Below the pieces are notes generated by a model. The model had not been told where the DNA came from. It did no database searches and worked only from the letters and a program-made list of their open reading frames with translations. 50,705 bases of DNA. Source: Gemmatimonadota bacterium (GTDB lineage Bacteria > Gemmatimonadota > Gemmatimonadetes > Gemmatimonadales > GWC2-71-9). Both the position numbers and the translations under genes were made by a program. This document shows, in pieces, positions 1-9,501 of the stretch (the stretch's first letter is position 1; every line of letters starts with the position of its first letter). The DNA lies in the NCBI GenBank assembly GCA_041499215.1, contig JBGQJV010000002.1:1-50705 (forward strand), read 5' to 3'.

Positions 1-2
1 AC

Positions 3-743
3 TTCCGGCCCGACTCGACCACCACCGTAACGGGCGACTACCTGCTGCTGATGAAGGTCAACGGCATGGCCCCGGAAATGGTGGCGAGCAACATCGAACA
101 GTACCCCAGCCGTTCCTTCTTCGAGTACTATGTCCACCCGCGGACCCTGGTGTCCCCCGCGCCCCGGGACTCGCTGGTGCGTGCCAATGCGGCGGGCAGC
201 GGGATCACCCTGCCGATCGTGCACACGCTTTCGATCCATGGCAGCGTCGGCGACACCGCCGGCAGCACCACCGCTCTGGCGGACAGCGTGAAGGCGGTCC
301 GGCTCAGCATCCGGGTCACCAACGGCCTGACCGGCACGGACAAGCGTTCCACCGACATGTCCACCACGATCAAGCTGCCGAACAACGGCCTGGTCCAGCT
401 GCAGAGCTGTGGTGACGCGCCGCTGTTCATCGGCGGCGGCGGTCTGGTCGCCTTGCCGAACCTGATCGGGACGCCCCCGGCGGCGACCCTCACCTGGCCG
501 GCCTCGGTGGACGAGGCCAGCGGCCAGACCGACGTGACCCAGTACAATGTCTACCGGAAGCTGCAGACCGATCCGGCTTTCGGCAGTGCCCTTACCACGG
601 TTCCCGCGGGCGGCGTTGCGACCTACACGTTCGTGGACGGAGGCGTGACCGTCGGCACGAGGTACGTGTACGGCATCACAGCCCAGGATTGCAGTCCGGC
701 CGAGTCCACCATGCTGGTCAGCGGCATGGTTCAACCCAATTGA
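3..743 (+). CDS. Hypothetical exported or pilus-associated protein, 5' end cut by the window edge; C-terminal ~90 aa look like a fibronectin-III/Ig-like beta-sandwich
   Basis: Frame 3 is open from nt 3 (no stop before the first ATG at 51) to TGA 741-743. The C-terminal segment TLTWPAS..YNVYRK..YTFVDGGV..YVYGITAQD has FN3-like spacing of aromatic residues. It lies directly upstream of a pseudopilin-like gene. Confidence 0.4.
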   Translation, partial: FRPDSTTTVTGDYLLLMKVNGMAPEMVASNIEQYPSRSFFEYYVHPRTLVSPAPRDSLVRANAAGSGITLPIVHTLSIHGSVGDTAGSTTALADSVKAVRLSIRVTNGLTGTDKRSTDMSTTIKLPNNGLVQLQSCGDAPLFIGGGGLVALPNLIGTPPAATLTWPASVDEASGQTDVTQYNVYRKLQTDPAFGSALTTVPAGGVATYTFVDGGVTVGTRYVYGITAQDCSPAESTMLVSGMVQPN

Positions 744-770
744 AGCATCTTGACCCGGAGGCTTGACGGT

Positions 771-2603
771 ATGGCACGCACGACTCAGAGCGACCAACGG
801 GGCTTTGCCCTGCTCATGGCCCTGCTCCTGGCCCTGGCGGTGACCGCCATGGCCATCGGTGCCATCCTCATGTCTTCCAACGCGACCCTGATCTCCCGGT
901 TCCATGCCAAGGAGCTGGAGATGCAGTCGGCAGCCGACATGGGACTCGAGGTGGCCCGTGACACCGTAAACGGTGGCCTGGCCCTCCCCCTGGTAGGCTT
1001 CGACACGCTGGAGCTCAACCGCACCGTGCGCGACGCCACCGGCGCGGTGATTCCGGGCTTCACCCGCTCGGTCTACGTCGGCAAGACCGGCTCGACCACC
1101 GGTCAGTTCGGCGTCTACGCCAGCGTGCTCTCCGTGATCAGCGACACCCGAGGCGCCGTGGTGGTGCGGCGGGCCGAGTTGAGCCAGGAGTCGTTCTCCA
1201 AGTTTGCCCGGTTCGACGACCAGACCACCTCGAGCGTCGTGTTCGCCAACGGCATCCAGGTGTTCGGTCCGCTGCACACCAACGGCACCCTGTACGTCGG
1301 CCCCAACTCCAGCACCATGCCGACCTTCTGGGGCCCGGTGACCACCGCCTCCACCATCAACTCGGTCGCCAACGGGACTTTCCGCCAGGGCTACAAGCAG
1401 AACCAGGCGATCATTCCGATGCCCACGCCGGCCAACCTGGCGACCCTCTCGAGCTACGCCACAACCGGAAATACCACCGTGCCAGGTGGCGCGGTCGGCA
1501 CCGCGGTCTATGATCCCAGCGTCCGCATCGAGTTCATTCCGGTGGACATCAACGGCGACGGCCAGTTCACCGGCGCCGACGAGGGGTTCATGCGGGTCTA
1601 CCAGGCCCTCGGCGCCACCCCGACCGCGGCGGCGAAGGCCTATGTCACGGGCCGGGTGTGGAACACGGGAAGCGCCGCCGACCCCAACTCCCAGTCTCCC
1701 AACTGCGGCTCGAGCCTGAGCGGTGCCTGGCAGTCCGCCCAGCTGGTGAACCCCGCTGGCGCCAACCTGGCCCAGGCCCAGAACCTTCTGAACCACGCCA
1801 CCCGGCGCTGCTTCCTGGGCGGTGATCCGCGCCTGACCGGTGGCTTCGTGGCGATCACCCCCGCCCCGGCCAACTACGGTCAGTGGCTCCCCTGGCCGGG
1901 CTACGGCGCCGGTGCGGCTCCGGTGGCGATCGCCAACGGCCGCCTGCCGGACGGCACCGTCGTCGGCGCCGTCCAGGCCCGCTATCTCTGGCCGGTCAAC
2001 CGCCCCTTCAATGCGAACTTCAAGGGCGTGGTGTACGTCAACGGCAGCGTGGGAGTGAGCGGCCAGGTACGTGGCCAGATCACCGTCGCGACCACGGGCA
2101 ACATCATGCTCGACGACGACATCACCTACGTGACCGCGCCGGGCAGCAGCGTCGACTGCTCCGCCGACATCCTGGGGCTGCTGACGCCCCAGTACTTCAT
2201 GCTCGAAGACGACAACGTGAACTCGCCGTTCAAGGTGAACAACGCCTACAAGACGGGGTACGACGACACCTCCGACGAGTTCCTGCACGCGGCGGTGTTG
2301 ACGCTGAATTCGATCCAGAGCGAGAACGTAAGCGGCGGGTCCACTAACTCCGAAGTCTGTGTAGGCAACCCGTCCGGGCGGGGCTGCTTCAACATGGTGG
2401 GCGCCGCCATCCAGGGCATCAACGGCTCCCGGATGACCAGCTCGGGCACCGGCTGGAACCCGCAGTGGAGCTACGACCGCTGCGACGGCATCAAGGCCCC
2501 GCCGTACTTCCCGACCACGGGCCGGTACTACAAGAACCGTTACTACGAGATCGATCCCGTGGGGTTCAACGTGACCGCCTGGTTCAACGCCAACGCCGCG
2601 TAA
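771..2603 (+). CDS. Large PilX-N-type pseudopilin-like protein (type IV pilus minor-pilin family N-terminus, ~610 aa)
   Basis: ATG 771 is preceded by GGAGG (756-760); the ORF-track start at 750 is a TTG. The N-terminus MARTTQSDQRGFALLMALLLALAVTAMAIG is a short polar leader plus a hydrophobic helix, typical of PilX_N-type minor pilins. Confidence 0.55.
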   Translation: MARTTQSDQRGFALLMALLLALAVTAMAIGAILMSSNATLISRFHAKELEMQSAADMGLEVARDTVNGGLALPLVGFDTLELNRTVRDATGAVIPGFTRSVYVGKTGSTTGQFGVYASVLSVISDTRGAVVVRRAELSQESFSKFARFDDQTTSSVVFANGIQVFGPLHTNGTLYVGPNSSTMPTFWGPVTTASTINSVANGTFRQGYKQNQAIIPMPTPANLATLSSYATTGNTTVPGGAVGTAVYDPSVRIEFIPVDINGDGQFTGADEGFMRVYQALGATPTAAAKAYVTGRVWNTGSAADPNSQSPNCGSSLSGAWQSAQLVNPAGANLAQAQNLLNHATRRCFLGGDPRLTGGFVAITPAPANYGQWLPWPGYGAGAAPVAIANGRLPDGTVVGAVQARYLWPVNRPFNANFKGVVYVNGSVGVSGQVRGQITVATTGNIMLDDDITYVTAPGSSVDCSADILGLLTPQYFMLEDDNVNSPFKVNNAYKTGYDDTSDEFLHAAVLTLNSIQSENVSGGSTNSEVCVGNPSGRGCFNMVGAAIQGINGSRMTSSGTGWNPQWSYDRCDGIKAPPYFPTTGRYYKNRYYEIDPVGFNVTAWFNANAA

Positions 2604-2652
2604 CGGGCGGAAAGGCGGACGGGCGGGAGGGCGGGACGATGTTCAGAATGAC

Positions 2653-2682
2653 GAAACCCTCCGGTGCGAGCCGGAGGGTTTC
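2653..2682. terminator. Bidirectional hairpin between convergent genes
   Basis: Perfect 12-bp stem GAAACCCTCCGG / CCGGAGGGTTTC with a 6-nt loop. It has an AAA/TTT base, sits between the + gene ending at 2603 and the - gene ending at 2753, and is nested inside G-rich/C-rich repeat arms (2607-2618 / 2718-2729). Confidence 0.45.
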
Positions 2683-2752
2683 AAGTTCTAGGGAGCCACT
2701 GACCGCCTGTCCGCCTACCGCCTTCCCGCGACCGCGCGCTTTTGGGAGCGCG

Positions 2753-3778
2753 TCAGCGCGATCCGGGGCGAGGTCGTCCTTTAGGGCCATTCCGCCTTCT
2801 CAGGACGTCACTCACGATAAGCTCGCCGTGGCCCCGGGCGTTCTCGATGAACAGGCGGTTGGCGTCCTTTCCGCTTGCGATCACCCCGGCAAGGTAGCAC
2901 CCCGGAAGGGAGGTCATCATGGTGGCTTCGTCGTGCTTGGGAATGCCGGTAGTCTGATCCACCGGCACGCCCAGCCGTTCCAGCAGGGCGGTGTCCGCGT
3001 GGTAGCCGGTCATGGCCAGGACCGAGTCCGCCGGCAGCCGGCTCCCCTGCCCGGAGTCGAGCGATTCCACCTCGACCGCGTCCGGGGTAATGCGCACCAC
3101 CCGGTGGCGCCACCAGGCCTTGATGCTGCCCTCCTTCACCCGATTGGTGATGTCGGGAAGCACCCACGGCTTCACGACCTTGTCGAACCCCTCGGCGAAG
3201 TGCACCAGCGATACCCGCGCTCCGGCACGCCAGCACTCGAGGGCCGCGTCCACCGCACTGTTTCCCGCCCCGATCACCACCACGTCCTGGTGCCAATGGC
3301 GGTGGCCCTCGGTGAAGTAGTGGGCCACGTGCGGCAGGCCCTCTCCGGGCACGCCGAGCGGATTGGGCCAGTCGTAGTACCCGGTGGCGAACACCACCGC
3401 GCCGGCGAGGTACGTCGTCGCGTCGTGTCGGCGGCGGACCTGTACCCGGAACCGGCCATCCGGCTCGCGAGTCACCTCGGTCACCTCCTGGCCCGGGCGC
3501 GCATCCAACTGGAAGTGCTCCGCCACCCGGCGGTAGTACAGCAGGCCGTCGCGCCGGGTGGGCTTCTCGCCGCTGGCGATGAAGGGGACTCCCCCGATCT
3601 CGATTTTTTCGGGTGTAGAGAAGAAGGTCATGCCGAGGGGATACCGCTCGATGGTCGACACCACCGTGCGCCGGTCGAGCAGGATGCAGCCGAGCCCGGC
3701 CTCCCTGGCGGCCACCCCCACGGCCAGGCCGCAGGGGCCGGCACCGATGACGAGAAGGTCTGTTGCTTCTGATGTCAT
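2753..3778 (-). CDS. ypdA: YpdA-family FAD/NAD(P)H disulfide oxidoreductase (putative bacillithiol-disulfide reductase, Bdr-like)
   Basis: Start chosen at MTSEATDLLVIGAGPCG (ATG 3778). The GxGxxG dinucleotide fold and the motifs TFFSTPEKIEIGGVPF, ATGYYDWPNPLGVPGE, KPWVLP, AMTGY and FIENARGHG match my recollection of B. subtilis YpdA. Confidence 0.75.
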   Translation of the reverse strand: MTSEATDLLVIGAGPCGLAVGVAAREAGLGCILLDRRTVVSTIERYPLGMTFFSTPEKIEIGGVPFIASGEKPTRRDGLLYYRRVAEHFQLDARPGQEVTEVTREPDGRFRVQVRRRHDATTYLAGAVVFATGYYDWPNPLGVPGEGLPHVAHYFTEGHRHWHQDVVVIGAGNSAVDAALECWRAGARVSLVHFAEGFDKVVKPWVLPDITNRVKEGSIKAWWRHRVVRITPDAVEVESLDSGQGSRLPADSVLAMTGYHADTALLERLGVPVDQTTGIPKHDEATMMTSLPGCYLAGVIASGKDANRLFIENARGHGELIVSDVLRRRNGPKGRPRPGSR

Positions 3779-3786
3779 GTCGATCC

Positions 3787-3866
3787 GTTCCGCGTTCCGC
3801 GTTCCGGGTTCCACGTTGCGTAAGGATGGTTCATCAACGCGGAACGGGGAACGCGGAACGCGGAAC
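3787..3866. repeat. Heptamer-array hairpin (GTTCCGC)n / (GCGGAAC)n
   Basis: Left arm 3787-3818 pairs with right arm 3835-3866 at 29 of 32 positions, with a 16-nt loop. It fills the purA-stop (3868) to ypdA-start (3778) spacer. Confidence 0.85.
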
Positions 3867-3867
3867 C

Positions 3868-5148
<1,281 letters not shown>

Positions 5149-5245
5149 ATTCTCCTGGTCTCCCCGGAGTCGCCCGGCACCGGTCCGGCCGGCCGCCCGG
5201 GCAGAGGCGTCGTGGGAGCGACGGAAGCGGCAGCAACGAAACAAG

Positions 5246-5267
5246 AAAAAAGGCCCCGGCTGGGGCC
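5246..5267 (-). terminator. Rho-independent terminator downstream of the M28 peptidase gene
   Basis: On the minus strand: GGCCCC-AGCC-GGGGCC followed by UUUUUU (plus-strand A-run 5246-5251). Confidence 0.65.
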
Positions 5268-5317
5268 CTGGAGTATCCTCTGGGGAAAGCTAGGCGGCCC
5301 CTTGGCCGGGGTCAACG

Positions 5318-6340
5318 TCAGTCCCGGTGCGGGTTTCCGGCCCCTGCAGCGGGCTGCTGACCCACTCTCTGCACCGGCTCGACCCCAGCCAACAAGCGGC
5401 CGACCGCCTCGGCGGTGGCCAGATCGAGGTCGTCGGGAAGGTCGCGCGGGGTGTGCATGCGCTTGAGAGTGCCCCAATCGAGCCGGCTCACCGTAACCGC
5501 CGCCGCCCCTGCCCCAGCCAGAGGCAGGCTGTCCGTCAGGATGCCCAGAGGGAGCCGCCGGGTGACGAGGCGAGGCGCAAGACCGGCAAGCCCTGGTCGA
5601 AGGCTCCGCGCCAGGCCGGCCCCGCGTCCATCGTGGTATACCAGGTAGAGGGCCCCCTGCTGGTCGAGAGTGTCGAGGTTGATGACCTCCACCCCGTCGA
5701 AGGGAATGCCGGCGTTCAGTGCCGCTCTCGCGCCCACCAGTCCGAACTCCTCCGCGCCGGTGAACAGGAAGCCGACCCCCGCGTCCTGGCTGGTGCTCGC
5801 GGTGGTGAGGGCGGCGAGGAGACCGGTACCGTTGTCGCGGGCGCCGGACGAGGTGCCCCGGAGGCGGCCCCGCCCGGCCAGAGCGCCCGCGGCCAGGGCC
5901 GCGCCAGCCCCTGCCGCCACGGGTGCAGCCGGCAGAGGGCGCGCCTGAGTGGCTCTCAGGAGGGCGAGGAGGGTCAGGCCGGCGCAGGACGCGAGCAGCA
6001 GCCACACCGCGACCAGCCGACCGGCCATCGAGTGGCCCTGGGACTTGGTGTCCACGTGCGCCACGATCCAGCGGCGAATCGGGGTGCTCCCCCGGGTGGC
6101 GATGAGGTTGGCGTCCTCCCGACGCTCCGCGCCGGGCACTTCCACCCCCGTGCCGACTCCCCAAGCGAGCACCCCCAGGGCGGCGGCCCCGGCCAGCCAG
6201 ATGCCAATGGCAGCGAAGCGCGGCGCGCCGGGCCACAGCAGGAGCGGGAGTTCCAGCAGGGTGAGCCAGCCGAGACCGGCACCGACCAGCGGGAGAGCGT
6301 TGAGCGCGGCGGGAAGGAAGGTGAACCGCTGTTGCCGCAC
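5318..6340 (-). CDS. Membrane-anchored M28-family metallopeptidase
   Basis: Hydrophobic N-terminal and internal segments. Motifs HVDTKSQG, ARDNGTGLLA, FLFTGAEEFGLVGA and MHTPRD are typical of M28 aminopeptidase metal ligands. Confidence 0.65.
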   Translation of the reverse strand: MRQQRFTFLPAALNALPLVGAGLGWLTLLELPLLLWPGAPRFAAIGIWLAGAAALGVLAWGVGTGVEVPGAERREDANLIATRGSTPIRRWIVAHVDTKSQGHSMAGRLVAVWLLLASCAGLTLLALLRATQARPLPAAPVAAGAGAALAAGALAGRGRLRGTSSGARDNGTGLLAALTTASTSQDAGVGFLFTGAEEFGLVGARAALNAGIPFDGVEVINLDTLDQQGALYLVYHDGRGAGLARSLRPGLAGLAPRLVTRRLPLGILTDSLPLAGAGAAAVTVSRLDWGTLKRMHTPRDLPDDLDLATAEAVGRLLAGVEPVQRVGQQPAAGAGNPHRD

Positions 6341-6458
6341 CGCGTAGCCACTGGCCTCGAGAAACCGGGTAATCAGGCGACGGGCTTCCTCGGCGGCCGG
6401 GGTGCCGGCTTCCCGCGGGAGAGCGGCCAGGGAGTGAAACAGTTCCCGGGGGTTCAGG

Positions 6459-7502
6459 TTATTTCCGCGGTGCGCCGCCGGTGACCCCGAGAGCGACTGC
6501 GGCCTCCTGGGTGATCGCCCCCTGTTCCAACAGCCTGGACGCGTGCTGTTCGAACGCCTGCATCCCGTCTTCCGCGCCCTCCATCATGACCACGCGAAGT
6601 GCACCGAGCCGCTCGGGGTCTCGCAGGATGGCCCGGACGGGAGAAGAGGTGGTCAGGGTCTCCACCGCGACCACCCGTCCCCCCTCGTCCTTCCGGGGAA
6701 GGAGCCGCTGCGAGATGATGCCGCGCAGGACCTCGGACAGCCGGATGGTACCGATCTCCCGCTCCACCGGCGGGAACATGGAGTGGATCCGGCTGACGGT
6801 GCTGACCACATCGGGAGTCGGCAGAGTCGAGATTACCAGGTGCCCGCGCTCCGCGGCTTTGATGGCGGTGTCGAGCGTCTCACTGTCGGCGATCTCGCCG
6901 ATGACGATCACGTCGGGATCCTGCCGCAGCGCGGACTGGAGCCCCACGGCGAAACTGTCGGTGTCGACACCCACCTCGCGCTGGGTGACCGAGCACTTCA
7001 CATCGCGATGCAGGAACTCAATGGGATTCTCCACCGTGACGATGTGCCGCTGGAGATTCTGGTTGATGTGGTTGAGCATCGCCGCCACGGTTGAGCTCTT
7101 GCCGCTGCCGGACACGCCGGTGACAAGAACGAGGCCCTGGTCCAGCTCTGCCAGCTTCGCGGTGATGGGCGGCAGCCCGAGCTCCTCGATCGTCGGGACC
7201 GCAAACGGGATGACCCGCATCACGATCATGAACGAGGAGCGCTGCCGGAGCACGTTGACCCGGAACCGGCCGACTCCGGGCATCCCCCAGGAGCAGTCGA
7301 AGTCCTTCAGCTGATCCAGCCGGGCACGATCGACCTCGTTGGGCAGCAGCTTGAGGGCGATGGCCCGGGTCTGGTCCGGGGTGAGCCGCTGCTTGGTAAG
7401 CGGAACCAGCTTGCCGTTGATCCGGGCGCGAAACACGTCTCCGGCCTTGATGTGGAGGTCGGAGGCGCCACGTTCGACGGCAGCCTTGATAATTTTTTCC
7501 AT
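6459..7502 (-). CDS. pilT: Type IV pilus retraction ATPase PilT
   Basis: MEKIIKAAVERGASDLHIKAG.., Walker A GVSGSGKSST, and Asp/His boxes. ATG 7502 has GAGG 11 nt upstream. The upstream in-frame ATG 7547 would add MAKGQSANGQEANGH, which is encoded by a repeat array. Confidence 0.9.
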   Translation of the reverse strand: MEKIIKAAVERGASDLHIKAGDVFRARINGKLVPLTKQRLTPDQTRAIALKLLPNEVDRARLDQLKDFDCSWGMPGVGRFRVNVLRQRSSFMIVMRVIPFAVPTIEELGLPPITAKLAELDQGLVLVTGVSGSGKSSTVAAMLNHINQNLQRHIVTVENPIEFLHRDVKCSVTQREVGVDTDSFAVGLQSALRQDPDVIVIGEIADSETLDTAIKAAERGHLVISTLPTPDVVSTVSRIHSMFPPVEREIGTIRLSEVLRGIISQRLLPRKDEGGRVVAVETLTTSSPVRAILRDPERLGALRVVMMEGAEDGMQAFEQHASRLLEQGAITQEAAVALGVTGGAPRK

Positions 7503-7504
7503 GT

Positions 7505-7566
7505 GGCCGTTAGCCTCTTGGCCGTTAGCCGACTGGCCCTTGGCCATGGGCTACTGGCCGTTGGCC
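7505..7566. repeat. Single-arm array of GGCCGTT(A/G)GCC-type units
   Basis: GGCCGTTAGCC at 7505 and 7520, TGGCCCTTGGCC at 7534, TGGCCGTTGGCC at 7555. The same unit family occurs at 11095-11132 (inverted) and 17602-17625. Confidence 0.8.
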
Positions 7567-7600
7567 GCGAACACCCTTCTCACTGCTCACTTTTCACTTC

Positions 7601-8611
7601 TTACTTCTCCCCGCTGTCACCGTCCCCGGCCGCCAGAAACCCCATGCGCTCCCGAACCTCGCGCATCGTTTCCCGCGCCACCCGCCTGGCGCGGTGCGCG
7701 CCTTGGGCCAGGATCTCGATTACCCGCTCGGGATGGGCATGGAGGTCGGTGGCGCGTTCCCGGATCGGAGTCAGCGCCGCGATCATGTTATCGGCCAGCA
7801 CGCGCTTGCACTCAATGCACCCCCAGCGCGCGCCACGGCAGTTCACCGCCACGGTCTCCAGCGTCGCTGCCGGCGAGAAATGCTTGTGCAGTGCGTAGAT
7901 ATTGCATACGTCGGGGTTCCCCGGGTCTTTCTTGGTCACCCGGGCCGGATCGGTCTTGGCCGGCCGCAGCTTGGCCCAGATCTCCTCCGGAGTCTCCATG
8001 ATCCCGATGGTGTTGCCGAGGCTCTTGGACATCTTCGCCTCGCCGTCGAGCCCCATGATCCGCTTCGCCTCGGTCAGGAGTGGCTGAGGCTCCGCAAAGT
8101 AATCCTCCCCGCCGCCGAACTGGGCGTTCCACTTGCGACAGATCTCCCGGGTCAGCTCGAGGTGCTGCACCTGATCCTCACCCACGGGCACCAGGTCCGC
8201 GTGGTACAGCAGGATATCCGCGGCCATCAGCACGGGGTAGTTGAGCAGCCCGGCCGGGACACTCTCGAATCGGGTAGACTTATCTTTGAACTGCGTCATC
8301 CGCTCCAGCTCGCCGATCGGCGTCACGGCGTTGAAGAGCCACTGCAGCTCGGCGTGCTCGGGCACGTGCGACTGGACGAACAGGGTCGCCCGCGCCGGGT
8401 CGATTCCGGCGGCGAGCAGCCCTATGGCCATCTCCCAGGTCCGCTGGGCCAGCGTCGCCGCGTCGTACTTGCCGGTGATGGCATGGAGATCGACGATGCA
8501 GATGTAGCACTCATACGATTCCTGCAGTCGGACCCAATTCTGGACCGCGCCGAGCCAATTGCCGATGTGCAGCTCGCCGGAGGGTTGGATCCCGGAGAAG
8601 ATTCGGGGCAT
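7601..8611 (-). CDS. trpS: Tryptophan--tRNA ligase
   Basis: MPRIFSGIQPSGELHIGNWLGA (HIGN) and KMSKS motifs; class I TrpRS length. Confidence 0.95.
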   Translation of the reverse strand: MPRIFSGIQPSGELHIGNWLGAVQNWVRLQESYECYICIVDLHAITGKYDAATLAQRTWEMAIGLLAAGIDPARATLFVQSHVPEHAELQWLFNAVTPIGELERMTQFKDKSTRFESVPAGLLNYPVLMAADILLYHADLVPVGEDQVQHLELTREICRKWNAQFGGGEDYFAEPQPLLTEAKRIMGLDGEAKMSKSLGNTIGIMETPEEIWAKLRPAKTDPARVTKKDPGNPDVCNIYALHKHFSPAATLETVAVNCRGARWGCIECKRVLADNMIAALTPIRERATDLHAHPERVIEILAQGAHRARRVARETMREVRERMGFLAAGDGDSGEK

Positions 8612-8647
8612 TTGGGCAAGGTACCGGGCCTGAAGGAGCCACGCAAG

Positions 8648-9463
8648 ATGCCATCGGCCAACGACTTACTCGACCTGGCCTCGACCGCGGCGAGATTAGC
8701 CGGGCACTATCTCCGAACCGCCGAACGGCCCTGGGACCCGGCCGGGTGGACGTCCAAGGGCCGGGCCGACTGGGCCACCGATGTCGACCGGACGGCGGAG
8801 GCGATGATCGCGGAGATTCTGCTCGGGGCGATCCCGGGATCACGCATCATAGGCGAGGAGCTGAGTCCTGAGGTGGTGACCGACGGGCTGGTCTGGGTGG
8901 TCGACCCGCTCGACGGGACTACCAACTTCCTGCACGGCTTTCCGGCGTTCGCGGTCTCGATCGCGGCCGCGCTCGACGGGGTGCTGGAGGCCGCGGCGGT
9001 GCTGCACGTTCCCCTCGACCGCATGACCACGGCGGAGCGCGGGCGAGGCACCTGGGAGAATGGGGTCCGGGTCACGGTATCGCGGATTACCGATCCGGCC
9101 CATTCCCTGGTCGGCACCGGACTCCCCTATCGCGATTTCGGCCGGATCGACGAATACCTCGGCCAGCTCGGCCGGGTGATCCAGGGAGCCACAGGAGTAA
9201 GACGGCCCGGATCGGCCGCCATCGACCTGGCCGATGTGGCGGCGGGACGGTTCGACGGATTCTGGGAACAGCGGCTTTCGGCGTGGGATATTGCCGCGGG
9301 GATTCTGCTGGTTCGGGAGGCGGGTGGGAAAGTGACCGACTCCACCGGGCGGGATCTCGGAGTGGAGCATTCGAGTGTGGTCGCGGGCAACCCGGCGATT
9401 CACGGGTGGCTGCTCGAGGTGCTCAACGGCAGTACCGAGTCCCGGGTTTCGAGTTCCGATTGA
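8648..9463 (+). CDS. suhB: Inositol monophosphatase family protein (SuhB-like)
   Basis: ATG 8648 with AAGGAG 9 nt upstream. Motifs IGEE, WVVDPLDGTTNF and WDIAAG. The 5' 318 codons of ORF 7694..9463 are antisense to trpS and were discarded. Confidence 0.85.
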   Translation: MPSANDLLDLASTAARLAGHYLRTAERPWDPAGWTSKGRADWATDVDRTAEAMIAEILLGAIPGSRIIGEELSPEVVTDGLVWVVDPLDGTTNFLHGFPAFAVSIAAALDGVLEAAAVLHVPLDRMTTAERGRGTWENGVRVTVSRITDPAHSLVGTGLPYRDFGRIDEYLGQLGRVIQGATGVRRPGSAAIDLADVAAGRFDGFWEQRLSAWDIAAGILLVREAGGKVTDSTGRDLGVEHSSVVAGNPAIHGWLLEVLNGSTESRVSSSD

Positions 9464-9501
9464 TTGTTCGCGCAGCTCAATGCAGGCGCTCCCCAACGCA
9501 C

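Noticed and set aside
2465-3772. 435-aa plus-strand ORF. Similar long ORFs occur at 4929..6236(-), 5327..6484(+), 11702..12841(-), 11944..13506(+), 13248..14618(+), 17969..19816(+), 22731..24260(+), 24441..26492(+), 33510..35309(+), 35409..37085(+), 37693..40506(+), 42698..44791(+) and 48061..49569(+).
   Set aside because: Each lies antisense to, or out of frame with, a strongly conserved gene (ypdA, purA, secY, r-proteins, tuf, fusA, rpoB/C and others). Their translations are Arg/Pro/Gly/Ala-rich with no motifs. Long open frames of this kind are expected by chance in high-GC DNA.
7503-7547. N-terminal extension MAKGQSANGQEANGH of PilT (ORF-track start 7547).
   Set aside because: It is encoded entirely by the GGCCGTT repeat array. 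There is no SD before 7547, whereas GAGG precedes ATG 7502. MEKIIKAAVERGASDLH matches the usual PilT N-terminus length. The case is kept as a note in the findings.
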